Part shown: positions 1-12,364 of the stretch, piece after piece | How positions within the stretch are numbered: position 1 is the stretch's first letter | How the letters are laid out: each line of letters starts with the position of its first letter | Assembly: GCF_025526975.1 (NCBI RefSeq) | Contig: NW_026515695.1 | Span: 248,001 to 312,000, forward strand | Source of the DNA: Fimicolochytrium jonesii | Taxonomy: Eukaryota | DNA length: 64,000 bases | Direction of reading: 5' to 3' | Made by a program: the position numbers and the translations under genes | Notes under the pieces: generated by a model | Databases searched by the model: none | What the model was told of the DNA's origin: nothing | Seen by the model: the letters and a program-made list of their open reading frames with translations, nothing else

Positions 1-836
1 CCGTGCGGTACTGCTCCGGCTGCGTCAGCCACTCCTCCTACCAGTATTTCACCGTCTCTGGCGAAATGCAATACTTCACCGGCACGGTGACCGCCGAGTT
101 CGCGGAGGACGTGTCGGCGATCTCCCGCGCCGGGTACGTGAGCCACGGCGACCTGGTATCCGGGGTCGACTCCTCGCTCGCGGCCAACTTCATGTCGATC
201 TGGAACCGCACCACTCCCATCTTACTCGTCGGCACCTTCCAGGCCCGCCAGCCCGCCATCTTCAACTCGATCGTCAACGCGCAGGGGCAGTACACGCCAC
301 GTATGACGGAGGAAGGCATGGCGCGCGGGATCGCGTCGCTCTTTGAGACGACCATGATGTCGTTCACGAGCTCCAGCGACTACAGCTGTGATCTGAAGGC
401 GACACAGGGGTATGGGCATGGGGTGATCAGCGGATGGCTGCCGAAGGTCTTTGGGACCGTCGCGGTGGTGTCTGCCGTCGTCGTCATTGGGATCATGCTT
501 GAGGCGCGTAAGGCGGTTAAGGAACTGCAGCCGCACGCGTACGCTCGCGGGCTGTCCATCATGAAGGACCCGCTCCGCTTCATGGTCTCGATGAAAGATT
601 GCCGCGCGTTCTGGGAGAGGACCACGGGAGGGTGTGATGCGAGCGGGGACCTGTTGCGAAACGCGAGTGCGGGGTTGATCTGCAAGTATGGAGAGGAAAA
701 GGCCACCAGGTCGTTGGAGACGGGACATTTGATGTTTGGGGCGCCGGAGGATGTCATCCCCATTCGCGATGGACGGGAGTATAGCGGGCCGGCAGACGGT
801 CGGAGGGATTTCTACAAAAGCTTGGTGTCGAGTTGA
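1..836 (+). CDS. 3' part of an unknown membrane protein (5' end outside the window)
   Basis: Open frame from the window edge to TGA at 834-836; GC3-rich codons; one hydrophobic segment (VFGTVAVVSAVVVIGIML). No family recognised. Confidence 0.6.
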   Translation, partial: VRYCSGCVSHSSYQYFTVSGEMQYFTGTVTAEFAEDVSAISRAGYVSHGDLVSGVDSSLAANFMSIWNRTTPILLVGTFQARQPAIFNSIVNAQGQYTPRMTEEGMARGIASLFETTMMSFTSSSDYSCDLKATQGYGHGVISGWLPKVFGTVAVVSAVVVIGIMLEARKAVKELQPHAYARGLSIMKDPLRFMVSMKDCRAFWERTTGGCDASGDLLRNASAGLICKYGEEKATRSLETGHLMFGAPEDVIPIRDGREYSGPADGRRDFYKSLVSS

Positions 837-1222
837 AACCAAATTGCAACGTAGATAGTTCATTGGACCATATTGTCAATTTTTCATTCCAATGGTGTCG
901 AGCATCATTAGTCCAGGAGTGAGAACATTTACGAAAATTCGGACATTTGGTATGGGTGGGTCAAGCATTTTGAGCTCTTTCCATCACAAGCCCGGGTCGA
1001 ACTGGGGAGGTTGATGGAGCTAGGAAACTCGAGAGAAAACAAAGCCGACCAAGTGCAAGCGCAACACGAATAAATTTTGAATATCGAAAAACTTTTGAAA
1101 TATGTAACGATGCCCAAAGGCAAGGGATAAGGAAACAAGAAGCGCTGCAATAGCATAGGCGAACGTCGAATCGGGGGCCCTTAGGACCCACGTAAAGGTC
1201 TAAACTACCGACTCATCACCCT

Positions 1223-4200
1223 TTACTTCTTCCCCTTCTTCTTCTTACTCCCCTTCCCAACAACCACAAACCGATTCCCGCCACTCTCAAACGTATCCAA
1301 CCCCACAGCGCCCACACCCACCGGCACAGCGGCACCCACGCTCCCCACCGCCGTCCACCCGGCCTCAACCGCTCCCGGGGATGTGGGCTCACCACTGGCG
1401 TCAGCCTTACGTTTGCGCACAAACTCGTCGGCGAATTTACGTGGGTCGATGGCGGTGAGACCGCCGAGGATGTCGTCGCAGATAGATTGGGTGATGGCGG
1501 GCTCAGTGGGGGAGATTGAGAGAAGGATGTTTATGAAGTCGCCGACTTTGGGAGGAGAGACGGATTGTTAGGCTGCCAGTTGTTTTGCGCGTGATAGGTT
1601 CCGGGAGGTTGGTACATACCATTGACACCAGCAGACGAGTTACGTTCCAACGGACGCAGCGCTGATCGACACCACTGCATGAACGCGGGCGAAGGCGTTT
1701 TGGCGGCCGCAGCTTGAGACGGTGGAGCGGTGGCAGTGGAAGCGAGAGCGCTGTTGACTACTACCGAACGGGGTACCGAGACGACAGGAGCCCGCACGGC
1801 TGGGGCGGCTGGGCGGGGGGTGGGTGCCGGTGGTCTAAGGGAAGAAGATGGCGAATTAGAACTTGGAGTCGGAAGGGATACAATATATCTACTGAACTCA
1901 TCGACGGCGACATGATACTGACTTGACAACATGTCCCTGCTTTCCAACCACATTCCACGCACCAGGCGCACCCTCCCCAGCCTTCGCACCAAGTGGCGTT
2001 CCCTTAATAACCTCACCCGACGCAACAACAGCAGCAGCCCGACTGCCCGTCGACGGCCTCACCGGCACCGCAGCAGCACCAGCCAACCCCCACGAAATCG
2101 TACTAGCCCCACCCCCAGCAGTCACAATCGTGTCCGCATACCGCTTTCCTGCCCCCGTCGGCGCCGCCACCGTCTCAGCCAGATTCGCACCCCTCGCCGC
2201 AGCCTCCTTCCGCTTCCGCTTCTCCTCCTCGTCCATAATCTCCGCCAACGATTTCTGCCGCGCAGGCTGCGCCGGTTTCTTCCCCGACCACACCGCCGCG
2301 CCCTGTGCCTGCTCTTTCGCCCAGGCCTGAGAGGCGGAGAGCGCGTCCTGTTCCTGGAGGTAAGCGGCCTGCTGCATCATGGCTTCATGGGCACGGCGTT
2401 GCTTCTCGCGTTCTTCGGCTTCACGACGTTGTTGCTCGATTTCTTGGATCTCCTTGAGGCTGAGTTTGGGTTTCTCCGCGGGGGCGGCCGTCGAGGTGGT
2501 CCACGCGGAACTCAGGGCCGAGGCGGCGGCTTTCTGCTGCTCGAGGAGTTGCTGTTCGATCAGCTCGGCTTCGCGTTGGAGTTCTTTTGCCTTTTCGACC
2601 GCGGCGTGCTCCTTGTCGCGCTTGCTCGTGGTCTGCTGCTCAGACATGATTTGACGCAGACCGACCGCAGAGTTGGCGGCGGCTGCGGACGTGTCTGACC
2701 CTTGCTGGGCCTGATTCTGAGGAGCTTGCTTGTTGGCCGCCTGCTCCTTGGCAAACCGCTCCTGTCGCTCCTCCTTCCGAGTCTTCTTCGCCTTTTCGGC
2801 CCCTTCCACCTTCGTCGAAGTCTCCTGAACTGGTTTTGCAGGTTTGGCGTGGGCAGAATCCTTGACAGTCAAACCCTCAAGCTTCTTCGTTATCTGCTGC
2901 GTAGGTTCAACAGCAGCTCGCTCCTCTTCATGATGTTGTTCATCGAAATGCGCATCATCGATCAAGTGCGACACAACATCGACAGGAGCAGGGTGGTGGT
3001 CGTCATCCGCATGGTGGTGATCATCGTCCCCCCCTCCGTACCCGTGCAATTTCCCCCAATCTTGATGCTGAGACTGTTGCGACGCCGGCTTGGGAGTCTG
3101 CGAGCCCGCTGACCCAGAGAAATCAAGGAGGGCTTGTCCGGAGAAGAGGTTTGCAGCGGGGCTTTGCGGCGCTGGTTGAGACACCTGCTGTTGCAATGGT
3201 GCTCCGAAAGGCGTGAAAGCAGCTGCCGCAGATCGCTGATTGGGTCCAATACTGCCAGCCAACGGCGCCCTGTCTTGTCCCGAGGGGTCAAAGTACGAGC
3301 TTTGCAGGGAAGTCGCGGGGGACCTTGGAGCGCCGACCGACGATCTCCCGAACGGGGAATGCAGATCGGTGTTCAATCCAGCCCAGCCGAGAGCAGCGTG
3401 ATTCGGGTTTTCCGTCCAGGACGGGCGAGCGAGGTGGTGGGCGTTCATAGGATCGTACCCTCCGGTAGGGTATCGATCACGGCCAAAGGGATCAGCCAGG
3501 CCGCCTGAGTTGTACGAAGCGCCGCTGCCGAAGCCTGCGCCGCCCGTACCACTCATATCCGCGTACATGTCGCGGTGGTGAGTCCCGAAGGTCGGCAAGC
3601 GTCGTTGCTGCTCGGCCTGCTGATGGCGTTGCTGGGCGTCCGCTTCCTCAGCTACGAAGGGCTGGTCGTGTCCGAACTTTAGCAGAAGCAGGCCAAGTGG
3701 TTGGTACGTGAGGTCGTCGACGTGTTTTATGGGAAGGTCTTCGTTGAAGTAGTTGGACCTGTACCAGTCCTGCATCTGCTGAGAAGAAAACGGTCCTTGA
3801 AATTGCAAACAAGTCAGTACGGTATTAGAGAGTGACGGCATAACCAGGAAAACTCGTCGAGCCAACGAACCTTGCACAGTGCCGCTAGGGTCCTTATACT
3901 GCCATTTCTGCGGAACAAATGGAGTAGGCGGGGCAACCATTCCGGGGGGTGCCGCGCTGTGTGCCGACGGCACCTGACCCATGTCAGACCGATTCAGACC
4001 CAGAGGGTTGCCCGGAGCAGGCATGGGCTTTCCGAGGCTCATGGACGGAAGCGTGTCCAACTTGCTCAGACCAGAAGTCGTGGGCATTCCGATTGGACTT
4101 CCAAGAGGCGTGGACCCGAACGAATTGAACATCTCGACAAAGGAGGCGTTGACATTCGACGAGAACGCCTCCTTGTTTTCCTTGTTGTCGGGAGCTTTAG

Positions 4201-5520
4201 AACTGCTGCCGGCGCCGCCAATCGAAGACGCGGGCGTCCTGTCATTTGTGGCTGGAGCTCCCACCGGAGTGGAAGCGGCTGCCAAGGGACCCTGCGCAGG
4301 CTTCGTCGGGGAGGGGCCTCGTTTATCCGAATGATTGGGAGATACGCTCCGGGAAGGAGATTTCCGGCCACGCTCCGCAGCCAAAACCGCCGAACCTCTG
4401 CCGTTCTCCCCGACCCCATTCTTGGTGGAGGTACCGTCACCTTCCTTACTGAAGGCGCCATTCCCGGAGAATGATCCGACTCCGGTAGGAGCATCCCAAG
4501 GGTCTTCCTCCCCACCATAAGTGTCGGCTCTCCTGGGAAGTCGGGTCCCATCTTGCTGATATTGATGTCCACCTGAAGCCGATGGCCCGTTTAGATACTC
4601 GTCTTGGCAAGAACAGATTGACGTGTCACATACCTCGGTCACCTCGGTTGTCACCTCGGTTGGAGTAGCCTGGAAGACAGAGGAGTTCATAGATTAGAAA
4701 GCCGCGTAATCGATGATCGAAAATCACTAGACGCTTACTTCTTTGCACAGAACCCGGCGGGCGAGGCGGGCGTATAGTTCCGTCCTTCGAATCTCCTCTG
4801 CTGTAAGGCGGACGACGTGCACTGATCTCACTATTGATCGATTGAGAAGTAAACAGCTGGGAAGGAAATAAATATGAGGTCAATACCCCGTCCAAAAGAA
4901 GTCCGCGATGCAAACCCAGTAAACCCAGACACACCTTCTTTTCATTGTCGTTCAAAGGAATATTCGCCATGGGTTCCAGAGGATGGTCAGATGTCATGGG
5001 ATCAGCCGGGGTGAAGTCCGGAGGCACAGGAAGGGATGGATCAAAAATGCTCAAGATGAACTCGCGCGAGTATTTGAGGTGAGCCAGATCCTGCGAACCA
5101 AACATGGATCCGCCCGTGCCTCCCCCGTGTGCATTGCCGGACGCCCCTCCTCCTGAAGTTGCAGCGCCGCCCACGGACTGACTACCGCTCGACCAGGTGT
5201 TTGCATTTCCGGACGAAGGTTGGGATCCTGATTTCAAGGTTGAAGAGCTGCCCCACAGGATTCCTTGGGTCGCGCCGGTGGGGGTTGTGGGGGTAAGGGT
5301 GGGGGAGGACCTTCCTGTTTCGTTTGCGGGAATCTTCCTCATCCTTTATAGGGCAGATCACCAAAGGCACGGTTTCAAGTTCAGAAAGTGTTTGAACGGA
5401 TATCGTCCACGATATACAGATCGAGATGGCCGGGGAGCATTGTTTGCACAGCAGACATACGCATCGCCAGCGTCATCAATAACCCAAAACTCACCATTGT
5501 GGACCAAAGTTCATAGCCAT
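1223..5520 (-). CDS. GIGYF: GYF-domain protein of the GIGYF/Smy2 family, multi-exon
   Basis: Exon 1 (5520-5495) spliced to 5343 gives MAMNFGPQW-MRK. Also KYSREFILSIF, GYF domain WQYKDPSGTVQ|GPFSSQQMQDWYRSNYFNEDLPIK, SLKEIQE and SLAEIMDEE repeats, FMQWCRSAL, and C-terminal FVVVGKGSKKKKGKK* ending at 1223. Confidence 0.9.
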
Positions 5521-6056
5521 TTTGAAAGATATAAGCTGCGAGGAGGGCAGGGTTACTTGTTCTTTGTTTGCTAGTAAGTTGAGCAAACGTGTGTGTTCGA
5601 GTTACTTTCAGGAAGTAGCGGTATGCGAGTAGGGGGTTGCGTTGCAGCTTGCGACTGGATGTGTTTCCGTGTGCTTTGGCTGCCGATGATTGCGTGCGCT
5701 GAAGCGTGGGGAAAAAAAAGGAAAGCCCTTCTGCGTGAAGCTCCTTCAAGTTCCCTTGTCGTTGCGACGCCTGGCCTGCCCCTCGGAAGCGAGTTGGGCG
5801 GTCACGTGGCCCGCTTTTATTGATTCTATTCCCCGTTCTGCCTTTGCTTCCCCACGCACCTCCAGCTCTACAGTACGCACGCCCTCCACAACTGCCGTGA
5901 GAACGGAGTTTCAACTACGGGCTATATACTGTAAAACTCTATGCGGAGAGAACGGGCCTCACTCGGAACAGTTAAATCGATTATGGAGTGTGCACCTCGA
6001 GGCAGCAACATTACGGAGGGCAGGATACCGAACCAGCCCAGCAAGCAGATATCAGC

Positions 6057-8558
6057 ATGGCCGATACTCTACCCGATAGCACTTCCCTTACGGCCCTCCC
6101 GGCGTTCCCCTCATCCCCACTCCAAACGCTCCCACTCGAAGTCCTAGCCCACCTGATAGCGTATTTGGACGACCTAGAACCGCTCCGCCTCGCCTACTTA
6201 CCAGCCCGCTCTCTCATCGACGCCTCGCCTTCCGTAAGAGGACGATGGCTAATAACCAAGTTCGGAAGAGCCTTCGTACTTTTTCATCCGCGAGTCGCGC
6301 AACTGCCTGCGCGGGTCTTTGATGCACAGACGGTGGAGGCGCTGATGAACCTCGGGGCAGGATATCAATACACGCCGTTGTTTGGGAAAGACGGAAGTGA
6401 TGGGAGATTATTACCCATTCAGGCCCTTCAAGCCCTCGCCGTGGCCGCCACATCAAAAATGGAAGACGGGAACATGGAACTAAGAGATCTAGATCGAGAT
6501 CCCGACGGCGGCCCACCCTTTGATATCTGGATGTGGGCAGTCCAAACCGCCAAATCACCCTCCCTCATCCACCGCCTCGTCCGCTCAGGCGCAGATGTCA
6601 ACTACATGGACTCCTTCGCGGTCACCCACGCTGCGAAAGCACGGGACGCAGCGATGTTGAGCAAGTTGGTGCTGGAATTGGGCGCCAAGATCCCCGTGGT
6701 GGGGAAGACCCCGTATCGCCGTGACTCGTCGTTGAGGAGGTCGGCGGCGGCCGTGCATCCGTTTGCGCCGTTTGTAAATGAGTTGGTTGCGTGGTACCGC
6801 GCAGGGGGGCTGGTTAGGGTAGTTGATCAGTGCAATGAGGAGTATATAATGATCATGGAGGCCCGGGCGCGCGCGTCGGAACGTGAAGCAGGGATGATGA
6901 ACGACGGTGACGTTGTGTCGGCCACTGCTGTAGACTCGAACTCAAACGAAGACACATTCCTCGTCCCCCTCCCAACCTTCGAAGAACGCCCACCCCTATC
7001 TCCCCCACTCATCCAACACCAAAAATCCTTCTGGCACCGCATCGGCCGCCACAATCGCTTCGATGTCCTCCGGCACGCCTCCAAACGCGCTCTGCAGTCG
7101 TCATCCCCATCTCCATCTACCTCACCCTGGCACATCACCCACTCCTCCGCCTGCTCCATCTTTCTCGGCGCCGCCACCGCTGGGCATCTCCCACTGTTAA
7201 CAGAAATGGTCCTCACCCACGCCGTCCCTATCGACCACGGCTCTTCCCTCGCACTGTCCAACGCGGTCCGCCTCATGCGGTCGGATATGCTACACGCGTG
7301 TCTGGCCCTCGGTGCGACGGTCCCACGGACGTCTGCGGTCCAATTAGCAGCCGAATTGGTCGGGTGGGCATCCACACCCGCCATCCTAGCCTTCTTGCAA
7401 CGTGCGGAAATGGGGGGTGCGAAGGGTGTCATGACCTCGCACGAGTTCCTGACCGCGGTGGGGAGGTGTGGCCGTGCTGATGTGGTGGAGGTATTGGTGA
7501 GGGAGGCGAGGGAGGAGGTTCTGGTGCGGTATGCGGACTTTGAGGCGGCGGTGAGGAGACGGCGCGGGGTGGTTGCTGTTGCTGCTGAGGGGGATGGATA
7601 CGCCGTGTCGCCCACTTCGGCGGCGTCACAGTACACCCGTGGATCACCCCACCGCCCACGGTTGAACCTCACCCCGCGCCACGCCACAACGCTCCTCCTC
7701 GGCGCGTCGGCCGGCGGACATCTCGAGTTCATCCGCGACCTCGTCGACATCCACGGCGCACACCCTGTCGGCGGGAAGGCGTTTGCGGCCGTCATGGAAG
7801 CGTGCCGAAGCGTCAAAGCCGCCGCCCCGGACGTGGTGGAGTTTTTGTTATGTCGGTGGGTCGCCACCCGTGATCTCGATTCCGAGGGGGCGTGCACGAC
7901 CGATGAAGACGACGACTCCACACCCTCAAACAACAACAACGCGACGCCGCATGACCAACACCCCCTCCAAACCTGCCTCCTCGAATCCACCCGCTTCGCC
8001 GGCCTCGACAAACCCGCCCTCATCTCCACCCTCCTCACCTACCTCCCCCCCGCCGGCTTCATCCCGGTGTCGGCGGTGGCGACGCTGGAGGCGCTGAAGA
8101 GCTGGCAGTGGGATGTCGCGCGGCATCTCAGCGCGCATGTTCTCGCCATGCTTGTAGCCGGGGACATGGGTGATGGGGTCGTGGTGTTGCTTACGACCGC
8201 GGGCTATGCCGGAGGGTGCATTGCGACGGCGGTGAAGCAGCAAAAGCAGCAACAGATGCAGACACCCCCGGTCCTAATCTACATCCCCGCCACCGCCCCG
8301 ACCCTCGTCCTCGCGACCCATCTCGTCCACCTCCGCCGTCGACACGAGTACGCGGCTTACGTGGTCTCGGCTTCGTCCACAGCGTCCCGTGCTTTCGAAA
8401 GCGCGATGGCGGTGTATAAGGTGGGGTTGGGCGGGAATGTGGATGTCGGGTGTGCGTGTGGGGTCTGTGGTGCGGTGAGCGGGGTGGGCGGGGAGAGGGT
8501 GGGCTGGGGGGAGTGGTTGGTGGGGATTTGGAGGCGGTTTGTTGTTGTTGGGGTGTGA
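6057..8558 (+). CDS. Uncharacterised protein with an N-terminal F-box-like motif and degenerate ankyrin-like repeats
   Basis: Long single ORF, first ATG at 6057. LQTLPLEVLAHLIAYL is F-box-like; LVRSGADVNYMDSFAVTHAA, AATAGHLPLL and ASAGGHLEFIRDLV are ankyrin-like. Confidence 0.6.
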   Translation: MADTLPDSTSLTALPAFPSSPLQTLPLEVLAHLIAYLDDLEPLRLAYLPARSLIDASPSVRGRWLITKFGRAFVLFHPRVAQLPARVFDAQTVEALMNLGAGYQYTPLFGKDGSDGRLLPIQALQALAVAATSKMEDGNMELRDLDRDPDGGPPFDIWMWAVQTAKSPSLIHRLVRSGADVNYMDSFAVTHAAKARDAAMLSKLVLELGAKIPVVGKTPYRRDSSLRRSAAAVHPFAPFVNELVAWYRAGGLVRVVDQCNEEYIMIMEARARASEREAGMMNDGDVVSATAVDSNSNEDTFLVPLPTFEERPPLSPPLIQHQKSFWHRIGRHNRFDVLRHASKRALQSSSPSPSTSPWHITHSSACSIFLGAATAGHLPLLTEMVLTHAVPIDHGSSLALSNAVRLMRSDMLHACLALGATVPRTSAVQLAAELVGWASTPAILAFLQRAEMGGAKGVMTSHEFLTAVGRCGRADVVEVLVREAREEVLVRYADFEAAVRRRRGVVAVAAEGDGYAVSPTSAASQYTRGSPHRPRLNLTPRHATTLLLGASAGGHLEFIRDLVDIHGAHPVGGKAFAAVMEACRSVKAAAPDVVEFLLCRWVATRDLDSEGACTTDEDDDSTPSNNNNATPHDQHPLQTCLLESTRFAGLDKPALISTLLTYLPPAGFIPVSAVATLEALKSWQWDVARHLSAHVLAMLVAGDMGDGVVVLLTTAGYAGGCIATAVKQQKQQQMQTPPVLIYIPATAPTLVLATHLVHLRRRHEYAAYVVSASSTASRAFESAMAVYKVGLGGNVDVGCACGVCGAVSGVGGERVGWGEWLVGIWRRFVVVGV

Positions 8559-9110
8559 TACAGTATATCGGGGCGGAGGTGATCGAAAGACGTGCCATTC
8601 AGACTTACTCGATATGTCAGGGCGGGCCTGGAAGGTCCAAAGTTTTTGGGATGGGTTGTACATACATATTTTTGGCGGTTGTGTGTATGGAATTTTTGGA
8701 ACGGCTGTTACCGTTGTATGTGCTTCAATGTTCATGTAACCATAGGATGCACTGTCGTTCGCAACCCAGTCCTCATGTCAAGACACTCTCGTTCAGAAAA
8801 AAATAATCATGATTGATTCGGAAGCGTTCAACAAAACAAGTTTATACAACATGCAGAGAGAGTGGGTCTGACAAAACAGGGGATATACACTCGAGTGTCC
8901 GTCAGGAGCGGCCAAAACCCACCCAAGTGGTGTCTCATGAGAGACAGGTATAAAGGTGCGATTCAGGATACCGGTATGTGAAGCAGTGGGAGTGAGGCAG
9001 GGAACCGTGTTGCTGCATGTTTGTGATGCACAAGCATCAGAGGGAAGAGCTGCCTTGGGGAGTCGTGAACCGCATTCACACCCGCGAAGATCGCGCTTAG
9101 GTATCGCCAT

Positions 9111-9694
9111 CTACTGCTGGTTCGAGCTATAATAGTCCGTCATCGTCAGCTGCCTCTTGCGCGGGTTGGGTGCTTGTTGCTGGTACTGCTGTTGTTGTGC
9201 TTGCTGGGGCTGCATCTGCTGGTACGATTGTTGGGTGTTGAATTGGGTCTGCTGTTGTTGGTGTTGTTGTTGTTGCTGAAGCTGGATGTCGATGGTTTTT
9301 TGCGGGGACACGTCTGTGGTGTTGGTGGGGCAGCCGAATATGGGCTTGTTGGTGGTGGTCTTGTAACCGTCGTTGATAGCTGGGAGTGATCGCAAAAAGG
9401 TTTTAGCTATGTGGATTTCATACGTCTCGGCATGAATGGGTCCTACTTACATTTCCTGACGCGCATGCCCAAGCTTTGAAGTAAACGTCGACGTGGACGG
9501 AAGTGCCGGAAAAGCCATTCAGCCAAATGCAATCAATGTCTTTGCCAGATTCATATCCCACGCAAAACTCACTTGGCGAGTTGATTATGCATCAAACCAG
9601 GCAATTCAGGCCGGTTGGGCGAGTAGTTGTTTCCAAATCCCGACGGAGCATCAGTGCGGGTCTTCTTGCCGTTGTTGGGAGTAGCCGCGAGCAT
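9111..9694 (-). CDS. Spd1/Dif1/Hug1-like ribonucleotide reductase regulator (RNR_inhib/HUG domain), 3 exons
   Basis: Exons 9694-9573, 9473-9451 and 9379-9111 with GTGAGT/GTAAGT donors and AG acceptors splice in frame to ...HNQLANLGMRVRKSINDGYKT..., matching the HUG motif GMRVRKS.S.GYK. Q-rich linker; C-terminal KRQLTMTDYY PIP box. Confidence 0.85.
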
Positions 9695-11299
9695 CTCTGA
9701 TCTGTTGGGTCGGGAAACGTTTTGGTGGGAATATGGGATTGCGGGGGAAGATGGGTCAAGATGATCGTGATGGTGACGTGTAACGGGCGCCGCTGGCGGG
9801 ATGACGATGACGATGGTTGAGTGTAGGTCGTTCTTCCTTCCCAGAGTATGTATGGCTGTCGTGTAAAGCTTGTTCCTAGTGCTTGCGGACGGTGGTATTC
9901 TTGTGGATGCTGCTGAGCTGGTTGCCGGTCCTGAGGTCTTTTTCTGAAGCGTGGGGGAAAACGGGAAGACGAATGCGCGACGAGTGGCGAAGGGAGCGGC
10001 GCCAATGGGGCTTGCGCTTTATAGAGCGCTTTCCAGAGGGCTTTCCATAGGGTCATGTGACTCCAAGTGACCCACGTGTTTTTTCGCATACCCACATGGC
10101 ACAGGGGGGTTATAAAAGGCGGTCGCTTCGTTCTCAGGGTTGCTTGCGACCAGGCAGACTTCGACATCGACATGGTCTTCGCCGAGCCTCGCTTCTTCCC
10201 CGCAAGGCAGACTTCTCGAATACAGTCCTACTCCTCAGTTGACTCTGAGAAGTCTCCCTTACAATTGGTGTGGGACGAGCTCGTCGAATGTTATCCCATG
10301 GCTAACCTGGGTGCGGTGCAACACGGCGAAAGGCCAGAAAACAGTGCGATGATGTTCCAATCCATGCTAATCCCGAAGCTTTTGAATGAGCGGAAAGTTT
10401 ATACATTATTCTGAGCACTGTTTTCTTGAACTTCACCTTCACCATCTGATGTCACCTGCGTCGAGTATGGCGTTGATGGTGGAGCTTTTCGCAAATGAAA
10501 AGTACCTCCCGGTCGACTGATTACACTGTCGCTGCAAAAGATGAGTGTCTGCTCAAACGCATATCATTGAGAAGCAAGTCGCATTTCGAACGGGCCAGGG
10601 GCGCATAAGCTTCTCGGATCATTTGTATTTTCTGGGATCTTAAATGAGGCTTGGAGAATCCACTGAGGATGTGCCCAACGGTGACCTGCAGTAGCCATCG
10701 GATTTAAACTACTACTCGCGGAAGACTTTATTCCCGGCGCATCACGAAAAGATTGTCCACAAAGATATTGGAGGTCCATTGTCCAGCTCCTTCCGTTACG
10801 AAACATCGGGCCCGAAAACGGATCCTATATACGCGGGTGGACACCCACGACGTCCATCAAAGTCTCATTTGTAAAAAGGAACAACAACCCTCCAGGATAT
10901 TCGGGGAAGGGAATGCTGGTTCCATGTGATGTGGCCCGGATCAAAGGAGCCACCGACCAGCGCTGGCCGTGATCGTGCCTGGCAGACGCAAGCAGTGCGC
11001 TTCCAGCCCGTACTTTCGCAATCTCCGGGGAGATCTGAAATAGGCAAATGGTTATCCCTTGCCGTAAGATTTAGAGAGCACCGTACACGCACACGAACCT
11101 CAAAGTGGGCGGGTCTCTTTGGGGCCGCCTCTGGCAGCAGATGAATGCCTGCGCGTTTTGGCAGCGCATGGGACTCCTTTTCCACCAGTGTTGTCGCTCC
11201 CGCCTCCTTTGATGGTGGCGGATGCTTCCGGCGCCTTCAACCTTTGCTTCTAGATGTCCAGAATCGCCTCCAGTCCCGCATCCTCTTTGCTACCTTGAA

Positions 11300-11900
11300 A
11301 AGTTGGCACGATGGCCCAGCAGCCTCGGTGGTCGGCCATCTATTCCAGGAAGTCATCGAAGATGGTTTTGATGGTGGTATTGGTCTGCGTGTGATGACGC
11401 AGAATCAGCACTTACTCGGTCTCCCAAAGATACTCACCTCGTCGAAGAAGCCCGGCTATTCTGCGAAGACCCGCGAAAGTGCTTTCTGGAAGATTGGGAA
11501 GGGCCGTCCCGCCGCCTCCCGGGGCCCGCAATGCTCCTACGACCAAACGAACAGGTGCTGGCCCGAATATTTGATGCTCCCGTAGCTCCCAAGAGTCTCA
11601 TCGATGGTCCGCTTCAGATTGTGCTCGCGCATTGAGCCCCAGACGGCAACGTTGCCGTTGGCGAAAAGGAAGTTCAAGAACTCACGCGTAGCTTGGGTCG
11701 ATGCTCGACTTGCTCCGCTATGACGCGATTCTATCGTCTGCAGACGAATCCATCACGAATTTATGTCACAAAGACCGTTCATTGCCGTGAGCTTGAAAGC
11801 CCCTCCAAGACTAAGCCCCAAGGAACAGGACATGCAATCAAGTCTCTATGCTGGCTGTGGCACAACGTGCTCGTGACGTCCAGGTTGAAGAGCCCCTCCC
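11300..11900 (-). pseudogene. Degenerate FCP1/NIF-like HAD phosphatase pseudogene
   Basis: Minus-strand motifs in the expected order: LFNLDVTSTLCH, RPKLR/(frameshift)EFLNFLFANGNVAVWGS, LFVWS*EHC, PIFQKALSRVFAE*PGFFDE, intron 11437-11385, TNTTIKTIFDDFLE*. In-frame TAGs at 11539, 11458 and 11342. Boundaries approximate. Confidence 0.7.
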
Positions 11901-12364
11901 TGTGGATGGTGACGTCCTGGGACTCTTTCGTTGTGACTGTCCGAGTCTTCCTGTCGAAGAAGTACCAAGACTTCTTCGATCGCGAGTATAACTTCAGTCA
12001 TTTACTATACAGTCCATGATGCTGTTCCACAGTGGTTTCGATGAGTGTTGAGGGTGCGGATTCGGATGTTCTTTCCAGTGATGTGGTTCAAGTGCCGGGC
12101 GAAAGAGACTGTCCTGCGAGGGCGAGGGCTCCAAAGGTTCTAAAGGTGCCTGCCGACTTCTCCAGCCCAGGCTTCCCAACCGTTCCTGCCCACCGCATCG
12201 CCTTTGCAAATTCCACAACCCTCATCTGGCCTCACATGGCGTGGGATAATAAGCAGCCTTGACGTGGGAGACACGAGAGAGCAAAACAAAATGCTGCCCA
12301 TTAAACTACGGTTAATGACGCACGTGAACAAGAAATAAACCCGCCGACTGAGCATATGGGCTCG

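Noticed and set aside
6827..8038. Long antisense ORFs (403 aa here; also 15436-16266, 48094-48957, 41198-41974)
   Set aside because: Shadow frames of GC3-rich genes on the opposite strand, with no recognisable motifs.
11340..11539. TAG stop-codon reassignment suggested by three in-frame TAGs
   Set aside because: The TAGs fall at positions expected to be different residues, a frameshift is also present, and conserved genes here (RPS22, the Spd1-like gene) terminate with TAG.
11642..11658. Perfect palindrome ACGGCAACGTTGCCGT
   Set aside because: Falls within the pseudogene reading frame (NGNVAV) with nothing else to support a function.
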